Assembly (NCBI RefSeq): GCF_041261205.1
Contig: NZ_JBGCCH010000042.1
Span: 55,360-79,359, forward strand
DNA length: 24,000 nucleotides
Origin: Catenulispora sp. MAP5-51
GTDB lineage: Bacteria; Actinomycetota; Actinomycetes; Streptomycetales; Catenulisporaceae
Direction: 5' to 3'
In this document: piece by piece, positions 7,292 through 14,889 of the stretch
Numbering within the stretch: position 1 is the first letter of the stretch
How the letters are laid out: each line of letters opens with the position of its first letter
Notes under the pieces: model-generated
The model's input: the letters and a program-made list of their open reading frames with translations, nothing else
Database searches by the model: none
What the model was told of the DNA's origin: nothing
Position numbers and translations under genes: made by a program

Positions 7292-8347
7292 ATGCCGGCA
7301 GCCCAAGCGGCCCCCGCTGAGGAGACCGTGATCCATGTCCTGTGGCTCAACGCCGGGCTCAGTTGCGACGGAGACTCCGTCGCGCTGACGGCCGCGAGCC
7401 AGCCCAGCATCGAGGAGATCGCGCTCGGCGCCCTGCCGGGCCTGCCGAAGGTGGCCGTGCACTGGCCGCTGATCGATTTCGAGTGCGGACCCGCCGGCGG
7501 CGCGGACGACTTCCTGGAGTGGTTCCGCAAGGCCGACCGGGGCGAGCTGGAGCCGTTCGTGCTCGTCGTGGAGGGCTCGATCCCCAACGAGTCGATCAAG
7601 GACGAGGGCTACTGGGCCGCGTTCGGCACCGACCCCAAGACCGGGCAGCCGATCACCACCTCGGAGTGGGTGACCCGGCTGGCGCCGAAGGCGACCGTGG
7701 TGCTCGCGGTCGGCACCTGCGCCACCTACGGCGGCATCCACGCCATGTCCGGCAACCCCACCGGCGCCATGGGCGTCCCGGACTTCCTGGGCTGGGACTG
7801 GACCTCCAAGGCCGGCATCCCGATCGTGTGCGTGCCGGGCTGCCCGATCCAGCCGGACAACCTGTCCGAGACCATCACCTACCTGCTCTACCAGGCCAGC
7901 GGCCAGGCCCCGATGATCCCGCTGGACGACGCGCTGCGGCCGGCCTGGCTGTTCGGCGCGACCGTGCACGAGGGCTGCGACCGCGGCGGCTACTACGAGC
8001 AGGGCGAGTTCGCCGACTCCTACGGCGAGCCGACGTGCCTGGTCAAGCTCGGCTGCTGGGGCCCGGTGGTGAAGTGCAACGTGCCCAAGCGCGGCTGGAT
8101 GGGCGGCATCGGCGGCTGCCCGAACGTCGGCGGCATCTGCATCGGCTGCACCATGCCCGGCTTCCCGGACAAGTTCATGCCGTTCATGGACGCCCCGCCC
8201 GGAGCGGTCGTGTCCACCACCGCCTCCAAGGCCTACGGCAAGGTGATCCGCAATCTGCGCTCGATCACCACCAAGACCGTCGACGCCGAACCGAAGTGGC
8301 GCCGTCCCGGACCCAAGCTGACCACCGGCGCCAAGCGCACCTGGTGA
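7292..8347 (+). CDS. hhyS: [NiFe]-hydrogenase small subunit, group 1h (Hhy) type, no Tat signal (351 aa)
   Basis: I chose ATG 7292 because of the RBS GGGAGG. The conserved core begins by residue 13 (VIHVLWLNAGLSCDGDSVAL), leaving no room for an RRxFxK twin-arginine leader. Cys ligand blocks are present (GTCATYGGI, CVPGCP, HEGCDRGGYY, CLVKLGCWGPVVKCNVP, CPNVGGICIGCT). Confidence 0.93.
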   Translation: MPAAQAAPAEETVIHVLWLNAGLSCDGDSVALTAASQPSIEEIALGALPGLPKVAVHWPLIDFECGPAGGADDFLEWFRKADRGELEPFVLVVEGSIPNESIKDEGYWAAFGTDPKTGQPITTSEWVTRLAPKATVVLAVGTCATYGGIHAMSGNPTGAMGVPDFLGWDWTSKAGIPIVCVPGCPIQPDNLSETITYLLYQASGQAPMIPLDDALRPAWLFGATVHEGCDRGGYYEQGEFADSYGEPTCLVKLGCWGPVVKCNVPKRGWMGGIGGCPNVGGICIGCTMPGFPDKFMPFMDAPPGAVVSTTASKAYGKVIRNLRSITTKTVDAEPKWRRPGPKLTTGAKRTW

Positions 8348-8363
8348 CCGTCGGCCCGCGCAT

Positions 8364-8384
8364 CCCCCGACCCCCGACCCCCGA
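8364..8384 (+). repeat. CCCCCGA x3 (plus partial CCCG) tandem heptamer in the hhyS-hhyL spacer
   Basis: Read directly from the sequence: catCCCCCGACCCCCGACCCCCGAcccgtt. Confidence 0.9.
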
Positions 8385-8421
8385 CCCGTTGCACCGCCAC
8401 CACTCCGATGGGACACGCCTG

Positions 8422-10206
8422 ATGACCGCCACGACCAGCAAGGGCAGCAAAGCCTCCGGCGACGGCCTCGTGGAGATGGCCTGGGACCCGATCACCCGGA
8501 TCGTGGGCAGCCTCGGCATCTACACGAAGATCGACTTCAAGAACGCGACCGTGGCCGAGTGCCACAGCACGTCCTCGATCTTCCGCGGCTACAGCCTGTT
8601 CATGAAGGGCAAGGACCCGCGCGACGCGCACTTCATCACCAGCCGCATCTGCGGCATCTGCGGCGACAACCACGCCACCTGCTCCTGCTACGCGCAGAAC
8701 ATGGCCTACGGCGTGAAGCCGCCGCACCTCGGCGAGTGGATCGTGAACCTCGGCGAGGCCGCGGAGTACATGTTCGACCACAACATCTTCCAGGAGAACC
8801 TGGTCGGCGTGGACTACTGCGAGCGGATGGTCAAGGAGACCAACCCCTCGGTGCTGGCCAAGGCCGAGAACACCCCGGCCCCCGGCGCCGAGGCGCACGG
8901 CTACAAGACCATCGCCGACATCATGCGGGCCCTGAACCCCTTCAGCGGCGAGTTCTACCGCGAGGCGCTGCAGGTCAGCCGCTCCACGCGGGAGATGTTC
9001 TGCCTGATGGAAGGGCGCCACGTGCACCCCTCCACGCTGTACGCCGGCGGCGTCGGCACCGTGGCGACCGTCCAGCTGATGACGGACTACCTGTCCCGGC
9101 TGATGCGCTATGTGGAGTTCATGAAGAAGGTCGTGCCGATGCACGACGACCTGTTCGACTTCTTCTACGAGGCGTTGCCGGGCTATGAGAACGTCGGCCT
9201 GCGCCGCACCCTGCTGGGTTGCTGGGGCTCCTTCCAGGACCCCGAGTACTGCAACTTCTCCTACGCGGACATGAGCGACTGGGGCCGCAAGATGTTCGTC
9301 ACCCCCGGCGTCGTGGTCGACGGCAAGCTCGTCACCAACGACCTGGTGGACATCAACCTCGGCATCCGCATCCTGCTCGGCAGCTCCTACTACGAGGACT
9401 GGAACGACCAGGAGACCTTCGTCAGCCACGACCCCCTGGGCAACCCGGTGGACCGCCGGCACCCCTGGAACCAGCACACCAACCCGCGTCCGGGCAAGCG
9501 GGACCTGGAGGACAAGTACAGCTGGGTGATGTCCCCGCGCTGGTACGACGGCAAGGACTACCTGGCCCTGGACACCGGCGGCGGCCCGCTGGCCCGGCTG
9601 TGGTCCACCGCGCTGTCCGGGCTCGTCGACACCGGGTACGTCAAGGCCACCGGGCACAGCGTGCAGATCGAGCTGCCCAAGACGGCGCTCAAGCCCGCGG
9701 TGACCTTCGAGTGGAAGATCCCGAAGTGGAGCAACACCCTGGAGCGCAACCGCGCCCGGACCTACTTCCAGGCCTACGCCGCGGCCTGCGCACTGCACTT
9801 CGCCGAGAAGGCGCTCGCCGAGATCCGCGCCGGCCGCACCCAGACCTGGGAGAAGTTCGAGGTCCCGAACGAGGCCATCAGCTGCGGCTTCACCGAGGCC
9901 GTGCGCGGCGTGCTCTCGCACCACATGGTGATCCGCGACGGCAAGATCGCGAACTACCACCCGTACCCGCCGACGCCGTGGAACGCCAGCCCGCGCGACT
10001 CCTACGGCACGCCCGGACCGTACGAGGACGCGGTCCAGGACCAGCCGCTGTTCGAGGAGAACAGGGGCGACGCGTTCAAGGGCATCGACGTGATGCGCAC
10101 AGTGCGCAGCTTCGACCCCTGCCTGCCTTGCGGGGTGCACATGTACCTCGGCGGCGGCAAGACCCTGCAGAAGCTGCACACGCCGACGATGGCGACGCCC
10201 GAGTGA
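8422..10206 (+). CDS. hhyL: [NiFe]-hydrogenase large subunit, group 1h (Hhy) type (594 aa)
   Basis: The N-terminal Ni-Fe ligand motif TSRICGICGDNH is at 8638-8673. The C-terminal motif SFDPCLPCGVH is at 10108-10140, followed by a 21-aa tail (MYLGGGKTLQKLHTPTMATPE) of the kind removed by the maturation protease. I recall these as the published group 5/1h signatures. An alternative GTG start at 8344 is discussed in the findings. Confidence 0.96.
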   Translation: MTATTSKGSKASGDGLVEMAWDPITRIVGSLGIYTKIDFKNATVAECHSTSSIFRGYSLFMKGKDPRDAHFITSRICGICGDNHATCSCYAQNMAYGVKPPHLGEWIVNLGEAAEYMFDHNIFQENLVGVDYCERMVKETNPSVLAKAENTPAPGAEAHGYKTIADIMRALNPFSGEFYREALQVSRSTREMFCLMEGRHVHPSTLYAGGVGTVATVQLMTDYLSRLMRYVEFMKKVVPMHDDLFDFFYEALPGYENVGLRRTLLGCWGSFQDPEYCNFSYADMSDWGRKMFVTPGVVVDGKLVTNDLVDINLGIRILLGSSYYEDWNDQETFVSHDPLGNPVDRRHPWNQHTNPRPGKRDLEDKYSWVMSPRWYDGKDYLALDTGGGPLARLWSTALSGLVDTGYVKATGHSVQIELPKTALKPAVTFEWKIPKWSNTLERNRARTYFQAYAAACALHFAEKALAEIRAGRTQTWEKFEVPNEAISCGFTEAVRGVLSHHMVIRDGKIANYHPYPPTPWNASPRDSYGTPGPYEDAVQDQPLFEENRGDAFKGIDVMRTVRSFDPCLPCGVHMYLGGGKTLQKLHTPTMATPE

Positions 10207-10793
10207 TGGAGAACGCCACCGCAACCGCCACCGCGACGGCAGAAACCGACGCGGACCGGCTCGTCGAGGTCGGCGAACGGATCGAGCGGGTCCTCGAACA
10301 GGGGGATCCCGCTCGGCCGGTCGCCCGCGACGAGGCGCGGGACCTGCTGCGCCTGGTCACCGACCTCTACGGCGCCGGCCTGGAACGCCTCCTGGCGATC
10401 GCCGACGAGGCCGGCGCCCTGGACGACGCCCTGCTGTCCCGCCTGGCCGCCGACTCGCTCGTCGGCAGCCTGCTGTTGGTGCACGGACTGCACCCCGACA
10501 GCGTCGAACAGCGGGTGGCCCGCGCCCTTGACGAGCTCCGGCCCCAGCTGGAACGCCACGAAGTCGAGGTCGATGCCGACACGACCGAGGAGGGCACGGT
10601 GCTCCTGCGCGTCACGGGGGCCGGCGGCTGCGCCTCGACATCCGAAGCGCTGGTCGGCAGCATCCGGGCAGCGGTCGAGGATGCCGCGCCGGACGCGGTG
10701 GTGAAGGTCGAGACGGCGCGCGCCGCCGCCGGGACGTTCATCTCGCTGGACTCGCTGATGACCGGCCTGCACGTGAACCCGGTGCGAGCATGA
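10206..10793 (+). CDS. NifU C-terminal-domain-like protein of the Hhy cluster (195 aa), possibly the HhyE-type accessory protein
   Basis: ATG 10206 overlaps the hhyL stop (TGATG). The block VARALDELRPQLERHEVEVD...GTVLLRVTGAGGCASTSEALVGSIRAAVEDAAPD follows the Nfu/NifU C-terminal domain pattern but carries a single Cys. Confidence 0.65.
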   Translation: MENATATATATAETDADRLVEVGERIERVLEQGDPARPVARDEARDLLRLVTDLYGAGLERLLAIADEAGALDDALLSRLAADSLVGSLLLVHGLHPDSVEQRVARALDELRPQLERHEVEVDADTTEEGTVLLRVTGAGGCASTSEALVGSIRAAVEDAAPDAVVKVETARAAAGTFISLDSLMTGLHVNPVRA

Positions 10794-11425
10794 ACCATCC
10801 GACACCCGCGCCGGTTGAGAGCACCGACGCGCTGGCCGCGCTCCGCCGCATCCGCGCGACCAGGCCCAAGGCGCACCCCGAGGTCCCGAGCGTCATCGAG
10901 CGCTGCGAGCTGTGCGCGGTCCCGGTCTCGGCCGAGCACCGCCACGTCGTCAACCTCGACAGCCGCGCGCTGCTGTGCGCCTGCCGCCCCTGCTCGCTGC
11001 TGTTCGAGTACCAGGGCGCCGAACTGTCCTATCGCACCGTCCCCGACCGCCACCTCGCCCTGCCGCCGCTGCCCCGGCAGCAGTGGGACAGCCTCGAGGT
11101 CCCGGTCGGGCTGGCCTTCATCTTCCGCAACTCCCGGCAGGAGCGCACCGTCGTCTGCTATCCGGGCCCGGCCGGCGCCACCGAGGCCGATCTGCCCACC
11201 GACGCCTCCGAGGCGTTCGCCGAAGCCGTCCCCGACGTCGAGGCCGTCCTGGTCCGGGCGCGCGAGGACGGGTTCGACCGCTTCGTCGTCCCCATCGATG
11301 CCTGCTACGCCCTGGTCGGCCACCTGCGCGTGCTGTGGCGCGGTTTCGACGGCGGCTCCGAGGCCCACGCCCGCGTCGCGGAGTTCTTCGCCGACATCGA
11401 GCGCAAGGCGGTGCGACCGGCGTGA
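10790..11425 (+). CDS. Conserved hydrogenase-cluster protein, DUF5947-like, with a CxxC...CxCxxC motif (211 aa)
   Basis: There is an ATGA start/stop overlap with the upstream gene, good GC3 bias, and the Cys cluster CELC-x20-CACRPC. The DUF name is from memory of actinobacterial annotations and is not verified. Confidence 0.7.
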   Translation: MNHPTPAPVESTDALAALRRIRATRPKAHPEVPSVIERCELCAVPVSAEHRHVVNLDSRALLCACRPCSLLFEYQGAELSYRTVPDRHLALPPLPRQQWDSLEVPVGLAFIFRNSRQERTVVCYPGPAGATEADLPTDASEAFAEAVPDVEAVLVRAREDGFDRFVVPIDACYALVGHLRVLWRGFDGGSEAHARVAEFFADIERKAVRPA

Positions 11426-12066
11426 GCGAGCTTGCCTTCACCGTGCTGGACATCAGCCCGGAGCCGTACGCGGCCGCGCCGAACCTGGCCGCCCGCCTGC
11501 GGATCACCGAGGCCACCGGCGAGCGCGTCCACGCGATCGCGCTGCGCTGCCAGGTCCAGATCGAGCCGCGCCGCCGCGCCTACACCGGCGAGGAGAAGAC
11601 CGACCTCGCCGACCTGTTCGGCGCGCCGGCGCGCTGGGGCGAGACGCTGCGGCCGGTGGTCTGGACGCAGGCCTCGACGATGGTGCAGGGCTTCACCGGC
11701 TCGGTGGACGTCGACCTGCCGCTGCCGTGCACCTACGACTTCGAGGTCGCCGCCGCCAAGTACCTGCAGGCCCTGGCGGGCGACGACGTCCCGCTGACCC
11801 TGCTGTTCAGCGGCACGGTGTTCACCCGGGGCCTGAACGGCTTCGGCGTGGAGCAGATCCCCTGGCACCTGGAGGCCTCGCACCGCATGCCGATCCGCGT
11901 TTGGCGCGAGCTGATGGACGCCCACTTCCCGAACACCGGCTGGATCCGCGTCGACCGCGAGACGCTGCGCCGCCTGGGCCGCTACCGGTCCGAGCGCGCG
12001 CTGACCGACTGGGGCCAGGTCTTCGACGCGCTGCTGCCGGCCGACGAGTTGGAGACTTCGCGATGA
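11422..12066 (+). CDS. Conserved hydrogenase-cluster protein, DUF6084-like (214 aa)
   Basis: GTG 11422 overlaps the upstream stop (GTGA). The frame is continuous with the 3' part of track ORF 10912..12066 (VSELAFTVLDISPEPYAAAPNL...). The DUF name is from memory and unverified. Confidence 0.7.
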   Translation: MSELAFTVLDISPEPYAAAPNLAARLRITEATGERVHAIALRCQVQIEPRRRAYTGEEKTDLADLFGAPARWGETLRPVVWTQASTMVQGFTGSVDVDLPLPCTYDFEVAAAKYLQALAGDDVPLTLLFSGTVFTRGLNGFGVEQIPWHLEASHRMPIRVWRELMDAHFPNTGWIRVDRETLRRLGRYRSERALTDWGQVFDALLPADELETSR

Positions 12067-13583
12067 CGTACGCCGATGTCGACGTCGCCGAACCGCGCGA
12101 GGAGGCGCGGCTGGCGGCCGTACGCCGCGTGGCCGACGCGATCCTGTTCGAGGGCTACATCCTGTATCCGTACCGTGCGACTTCCGCGAAGAACCAGCTG
12201 CGCTGGCAGTTCGGGATGCTCGGGCCGGCCGGCGCGGCGCAGGCCGGGGTCGGCGAGGAAGCCGGGATGCGCACGACGCTGCTGTTCGAGCCCGGTGCCG
12301 ACACCGATGCCTATGCCGATGCCGCCGCCGACACTGAAATCGGCGTGGACCTGACCCTGCGCTTCCTGCACCCGCAGTTCCGATCCGTCGAACGGAGATC
12401 CGGCGCGGCCTTCGAGCCGGTCGAATCGCTGACCACGGCCGGCACGCACTGGATCCCCTGGCACGAAGCAGTGGTCTGCGAAGTCCCGCTGTCCGGCATC
12501 ACCTCCGACACCGTCATCCCGATCGAGATCGCCGGCAGCCAGGAGACCGAGCCCCTGCACGACGACGGCCGCCTGGCCGGACGCCTGGTTCGCATCCGTG
12601 AGCGCCTGCGAGGCCAAGTCCGGGTGTCCTGGCGGCGGCTGGACGCCCCTCGGCCCCTGTTCGCCGTCGACGTCGAGGTCACCAACCTCGGGCGCTGGGA
12701 CCGGTCCGCCGCATCCGACGACGCGCGCCCCGACGCCCGACGTTATGGTGCCCCACGCACCGCTGCCCCGCGCAGTGCCGCCCGCGATCTGGCCGCCCGC
12801 GTCTCCTTCGCGGGAACCCACGTCGTGGCGCGCGCCGTCGGCGGACGATTCCTTTCGCTCACCGATCCGCCGTCCTGGGCTGCGGCCGCCGCCGCAGCCG
12901 GCGACCAGCACCGCTGCTGGCCGGTCCTGCTCGGCGAGGAAGGCGGCCCGGACGACCTCGTCCTGGTCTCGCCGATCATCCTGTCCGACCGTCCCGCGGT
13001 CGCTCCGGAGAGCGCCGGCGACTTCTTCGACGCCACCGAGATCGACGAGATGCTCGCGCTGCGCGTGCGCACCCTGACCGACGACGAGAAGGCCCAGGCC
13101 CGCGGCACCGATCCGCGCGCCGCCGAGATCGTCGACCGCTGCGACACCATGACCGACGAGGTGCTCGCCAGGCTGCACGGTACTGTGCGTGATTCGGCTG
13201 GGCGCGATTCGGCCGGCGGCGCTTTCGACCAGCCCGACACCCCCTGGTGGGACCCCGCGGCCGACGCCTCCGTGGCCCCGGAGACCGACACCGTCGTGGT
13301 CGCGGGCGTCGCGATCGGCAACGGCAGCAAGGTGCGGCTGCACCCGCTGCGCCGCGCCGACGCCCAGGACATGTTCCTGGCCGGCCAGAGCGCGACCGTA
13401 GCCGCCGTCCTGCACGACGTCGACGACGGCGTCCACGTGGCCGTCACCCTCGACGACGACCCGGCCAACGACCTGCACGCCTGGTACGGCCGCTACCACT
13501 ACTTCGCCCCCGAGGAACTGGAGCCCGTACGGGAGCCCGTACTGGAGCCCGTGCTGAAGCCCGGATCGGAGCCCCTGCGATGA
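12063..13583 (+). CDS. Conserved hypothetical protein of the Hhy cluster (506 aa)
   Basis: ATG 12063 overlaps the upstream stop (ATGA). This is the 3' part of track ORF 10815..13583 (MTYADVDVAEPREEARLAAVRRVADAILFEGYILYPYR...). GC3 bias is strong and I recognise no domain. Confidence 0.75.
   Translation: MTYADVDVAEPREEARLAAVRRVADAILFEGYILYPYRATSAKNQLRWQFGMLGPAGAAQAGVGEEAGMRTTLLFEPGADTDAYADAAADTEIGVDLTLRFLHPQFRSVERRSGAAFEPVESLTTAGTHWIPWHEAVVCEVPLSGITSDTVIPIEIAGSQETEPLHDDGRLAGRLVRIRERLRGQVRVSWRRLDAPRPLFAVDVEVTNLGRWDRSAASDDARPDARRYGAPRTAAPRSAARDLAARVSFAGTHVVARAVGGRFLSLTDPPSWAAAAAAAGDQHRCWPVLLGEEGGPDDLVLVSPIILSDRPAVAPESAGDFFDATEIDEMLALRVRTLTDDEKAQARGTDPRAAEIVDRCDTMTDEVLARLHGTVRDSAGRDSAGGAFDQPDTPWWDPAADASVAPETDTVVVAGVAIGNGSKVRLHPLRRADAQDMFLAGQSATVAAVLHDVDDGVHVAVTLDDDPANDLHAWYGRYHYFAPEELEPVREPVLEPVLKPGSEPLR
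13521..13580 (+). repeat. Five in-frame 12-bp units (3 good, 2 degenerate) encoding EPVR/EPVL/EPVL/KPGS/EPLR at the C-terminus of the 506-aa protein
   Basis: Read directly: gagcccgtacgg, gagcccgtactg, gagcccgtgctg, aagcccggatcg, gagcccctgcga. Confidence 0.85.
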
Positions 13584-14083
13584 GCCCGGAGACCCCGCGC
13601 GTCCTGGTCGCCGGCATCGGCAACGTCTTCCTCGGCGACGACGGCTTCGGCTCCGAGGTGGCCCGGCGTCTGGCCGCCGAGCCGCTGCCGGAGAACGTGA
13701 CCGTGACCGACTACGGCATCCGCGGCATGCACCTGGCGTTCGACCTGCTCGACGGGTACGACGTCCTGCTGCTGGTCGACGCGCTGCCGCACGGCGCCGC
13801 GCCCGGGGACGTGACCGTCCTGCAGGTCGGCGAGGAGGACCTCGGCTCCGGCGAGTTCGACGCGCACGGCATGAGCCCGGTCGCGGTCCTGGGCTCGCTG
13901 GGCTCCCTCGGCGGCCGGCTGCCGCCGCGGACGTTCGTCGTCGGCTGCGAGCCGGCGGACGTCGGGGAGGGCATCGGCCTGTCCCCGGCGGTGGCCGCGG
14001 CGATGGACACCGCGCTTTCGGCCATCCGGGTGCTAATCCCCGGCGACCCGGTAGACCTCACCAGCATCGCGAAAGGTGTGTGA
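13580..14083 (+). CDS. [NiFe]-hydrogenase maturation endopeptidase (HybD/HupD/HyaD family, 167 aa)
   Basis: ATG 13580 overlaps the upstream stop (ATGA). The sequence RVLVAGIGNVFLGDDGFGSEVARRL...LLLVDA...DAHGMSP...VVGCEP matches the family pattern GxGNxxxxDDGxG ... D ... H. Confidence 0.88.
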   Translation: MSPETPRVLVAGIGNVFLGDDGFGSEVARRLAAEPLPENVTVTDYGIRGMHLAFDLLDGYDVLLLVDALPHGAAPGDVTVLQVGEEDLGSGEFDAHGMSPVAVLGSLGSLGGRLPPRTFVVGCEPADVGEGIGLSPAVAAAMDTALSAIRVLIPGDPVDLTSIAKGV

Positions 14084-14084
14084 C

Positions 14085-14204
14085 ATGAAGGTATTCGGTG
14101 TACTCAGCGCGGCCGCCCTGACCGCGCTCGGCGTGGCGGCCTCGATCCTGGCCGTCCGTTCGCTGCCCGACCTGGCGCGCTACATCAAGATCAGGAGCAT
14201 GTGA
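14085..14204 (+). CDS. Small single-pass membrane protein (39 aa), not in the supplied ORF track
   Basis: It translates to MKVFGVLSAAALTALGVAASILAVRSLPDLARYIKIRSM. ATG 14085 lies 1 nt after the protease stop, with AAAGGTG 6 nt upstream. After the first few codons, third positions are almost all G/C. The ORF exactly fills the protease-hypA gap, ending 4 nt before hypA. Confidence 0.65.
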   Translation: MKVFGVLSAAALTALGVAASILAVRSLPDLARYIKIRSM

Positions 14205-14208
14205 GGCG

Positions 14209-14610
14209 ATGCACGAGATCGGATACTGCGCCGGGGTCCTGGAGGCCGTGGAGCGGCGCGCGGCCGGGCGTCCCGTGGCCCGGATCGGCGTCCTGGTCGG
14301 GGCCCTGCACCGGATCTCGCCGGCCGCGTTCGAGCAGTCGTTCCAGCTGGTCGCCGACGGCGGCGTCGCCTCCGGCGCGCGCACCGAGGTGGCGATCGCG
14401 CCGGTGCGCGCCAGCTGCACCGCGTGCCCGGCGGCGTTCGAGAGCACGGAGGCCTCGCCCGCGTGCCCGGACTGCCACAGCACGCAGGTGGCCACCCAGG
14501 GCGGCGACGAGCTGGTCCTGCAGTGGGTGGAGTACACCGAGGCGCAGGACGGCGCCGCCGCGCGCGAGCACGCCGGACCCGTCCCGGTCGCCGTGCGAGA
14601 GGACCACTGA
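14209..14610 (+). CDS. hypA: Hydrogenase nickel-insertion metallochaperone HypA (133 aa)
   Basis: It has the N-terminal MHE nickel-binding motif (MHEIGYCAGVLEAV) and the zinc-site pairs CTAC and CPDC. It sits in the hyp gene block. Confidence 0.85.
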   Translation: MHEIGYCAGVLEAVERRAAGRPVARIGVLVGALHRISPAAFEQSFQLVADGGVASGARTEVAIAPVRASCTACPAAFESTEASPACPDCHSTQVATQGGDELVLQWVEYTEAQDGAAAREHAGPVPVAVREDH

Positions 14611-14613
14611 GCC

Positions 14614-14889
14614 GTGTGCCTGGCGATCCCCGGACAGGTCGCGGAGCTGCTTCCCGACACCGATGACCAGCTGGCCGTGATCGACGTGGTCGGCGTGAAG
14701 CGCAAGATCAACATCGGCCTGCTGGAGCCCGGCACGCTGGCGCCGGGGGACTGGGTCCTGATCCACGTCGGCTTCGCGATGTCCAAGGTCGACGAGAAGC
14801 AGGCCGCCGAGGCGCTGGCGGTGCTGGAGATGATGGGCCAGGCCTTCGACGAGGAGCTGCAGGCCGTCGCCGAATCGGATCCGGTGTGA
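14614..14889 (+). CDS. hypC: HypC/HybG/HupF-family hydrogenase assembly chaperone (91 aa)
   Basis: The GTG start gives the canonical N-terminus MCLAIPGQV. The OB-fold body includes GDWVLIHVGFAMSKVDE. Confidence 0.9.
   Translation: MCLAIPGQVAELLPDTDDQLAVIDVVGVKRKINIGLLEPGTLAPGDWVLIHVGFAMSKVDEKQAAEALAVLEMMGQAFDEELQAVAESDPV

Noticed and set aside
7145-8416. N-terminal 424 aa of the 1200-aa minus-strand track ORF (4814..8416), which would make a giant HypF
   Set aside because: This part is antisense to hhyS and is Gly/Arg/Ala-rich low-complexity sequence typical of high-GC shadow frames. HypF homology (acylphosphatase domain) begins precisely at MTRIRV (7144), which has its own RBS.
7342-8421. 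Upstream 360 codons of track ORF 7342..10206, which would extend the large subunit
   Set aside because: This region overlaps hhyS in another frame and is Arg/Pro/Gly-rich. Large-subunit homology starts at about 8422.
8233-10224. 663-aa minus-strand ORF
   Set aside because: It is fully antisense to the unambiguous hhyL gene. It is rich in Arg, Gly, Ala, Val and His with no recognisable motif, so it is a shadow ORF of a GC3-biased gene.
10815-12062. Upstream extensions of track ORFs 10815..13583 and 10912..12066. The same applies to 9219..10205, 13247..13579, 15002..15265, 15157..16443, 18432..18515, 18509..19060 and 20254..21450
   Set aside because: In each case the extension overlaps a better-supported gene in another frame and has Arg/Pro-rich junk composition. 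Each real start sits at a start/stop overlap or behind an RBS.
11982-13499. 505-aa minus-strand ORF, plus other long antisense ORFs (2655..3728, 10367..11368, 14058..15248, 15239..16381, 16339..17478, 17985..19067, 19055..19894, 21745..22866, 23020..23862)
   Set aside because: All are antisense to genes with clear family motifs or strong GC3 bias. Their composition is dominated by Arg, Gly, Ala, Asp, Val and His, and they have no RBS or motifs.
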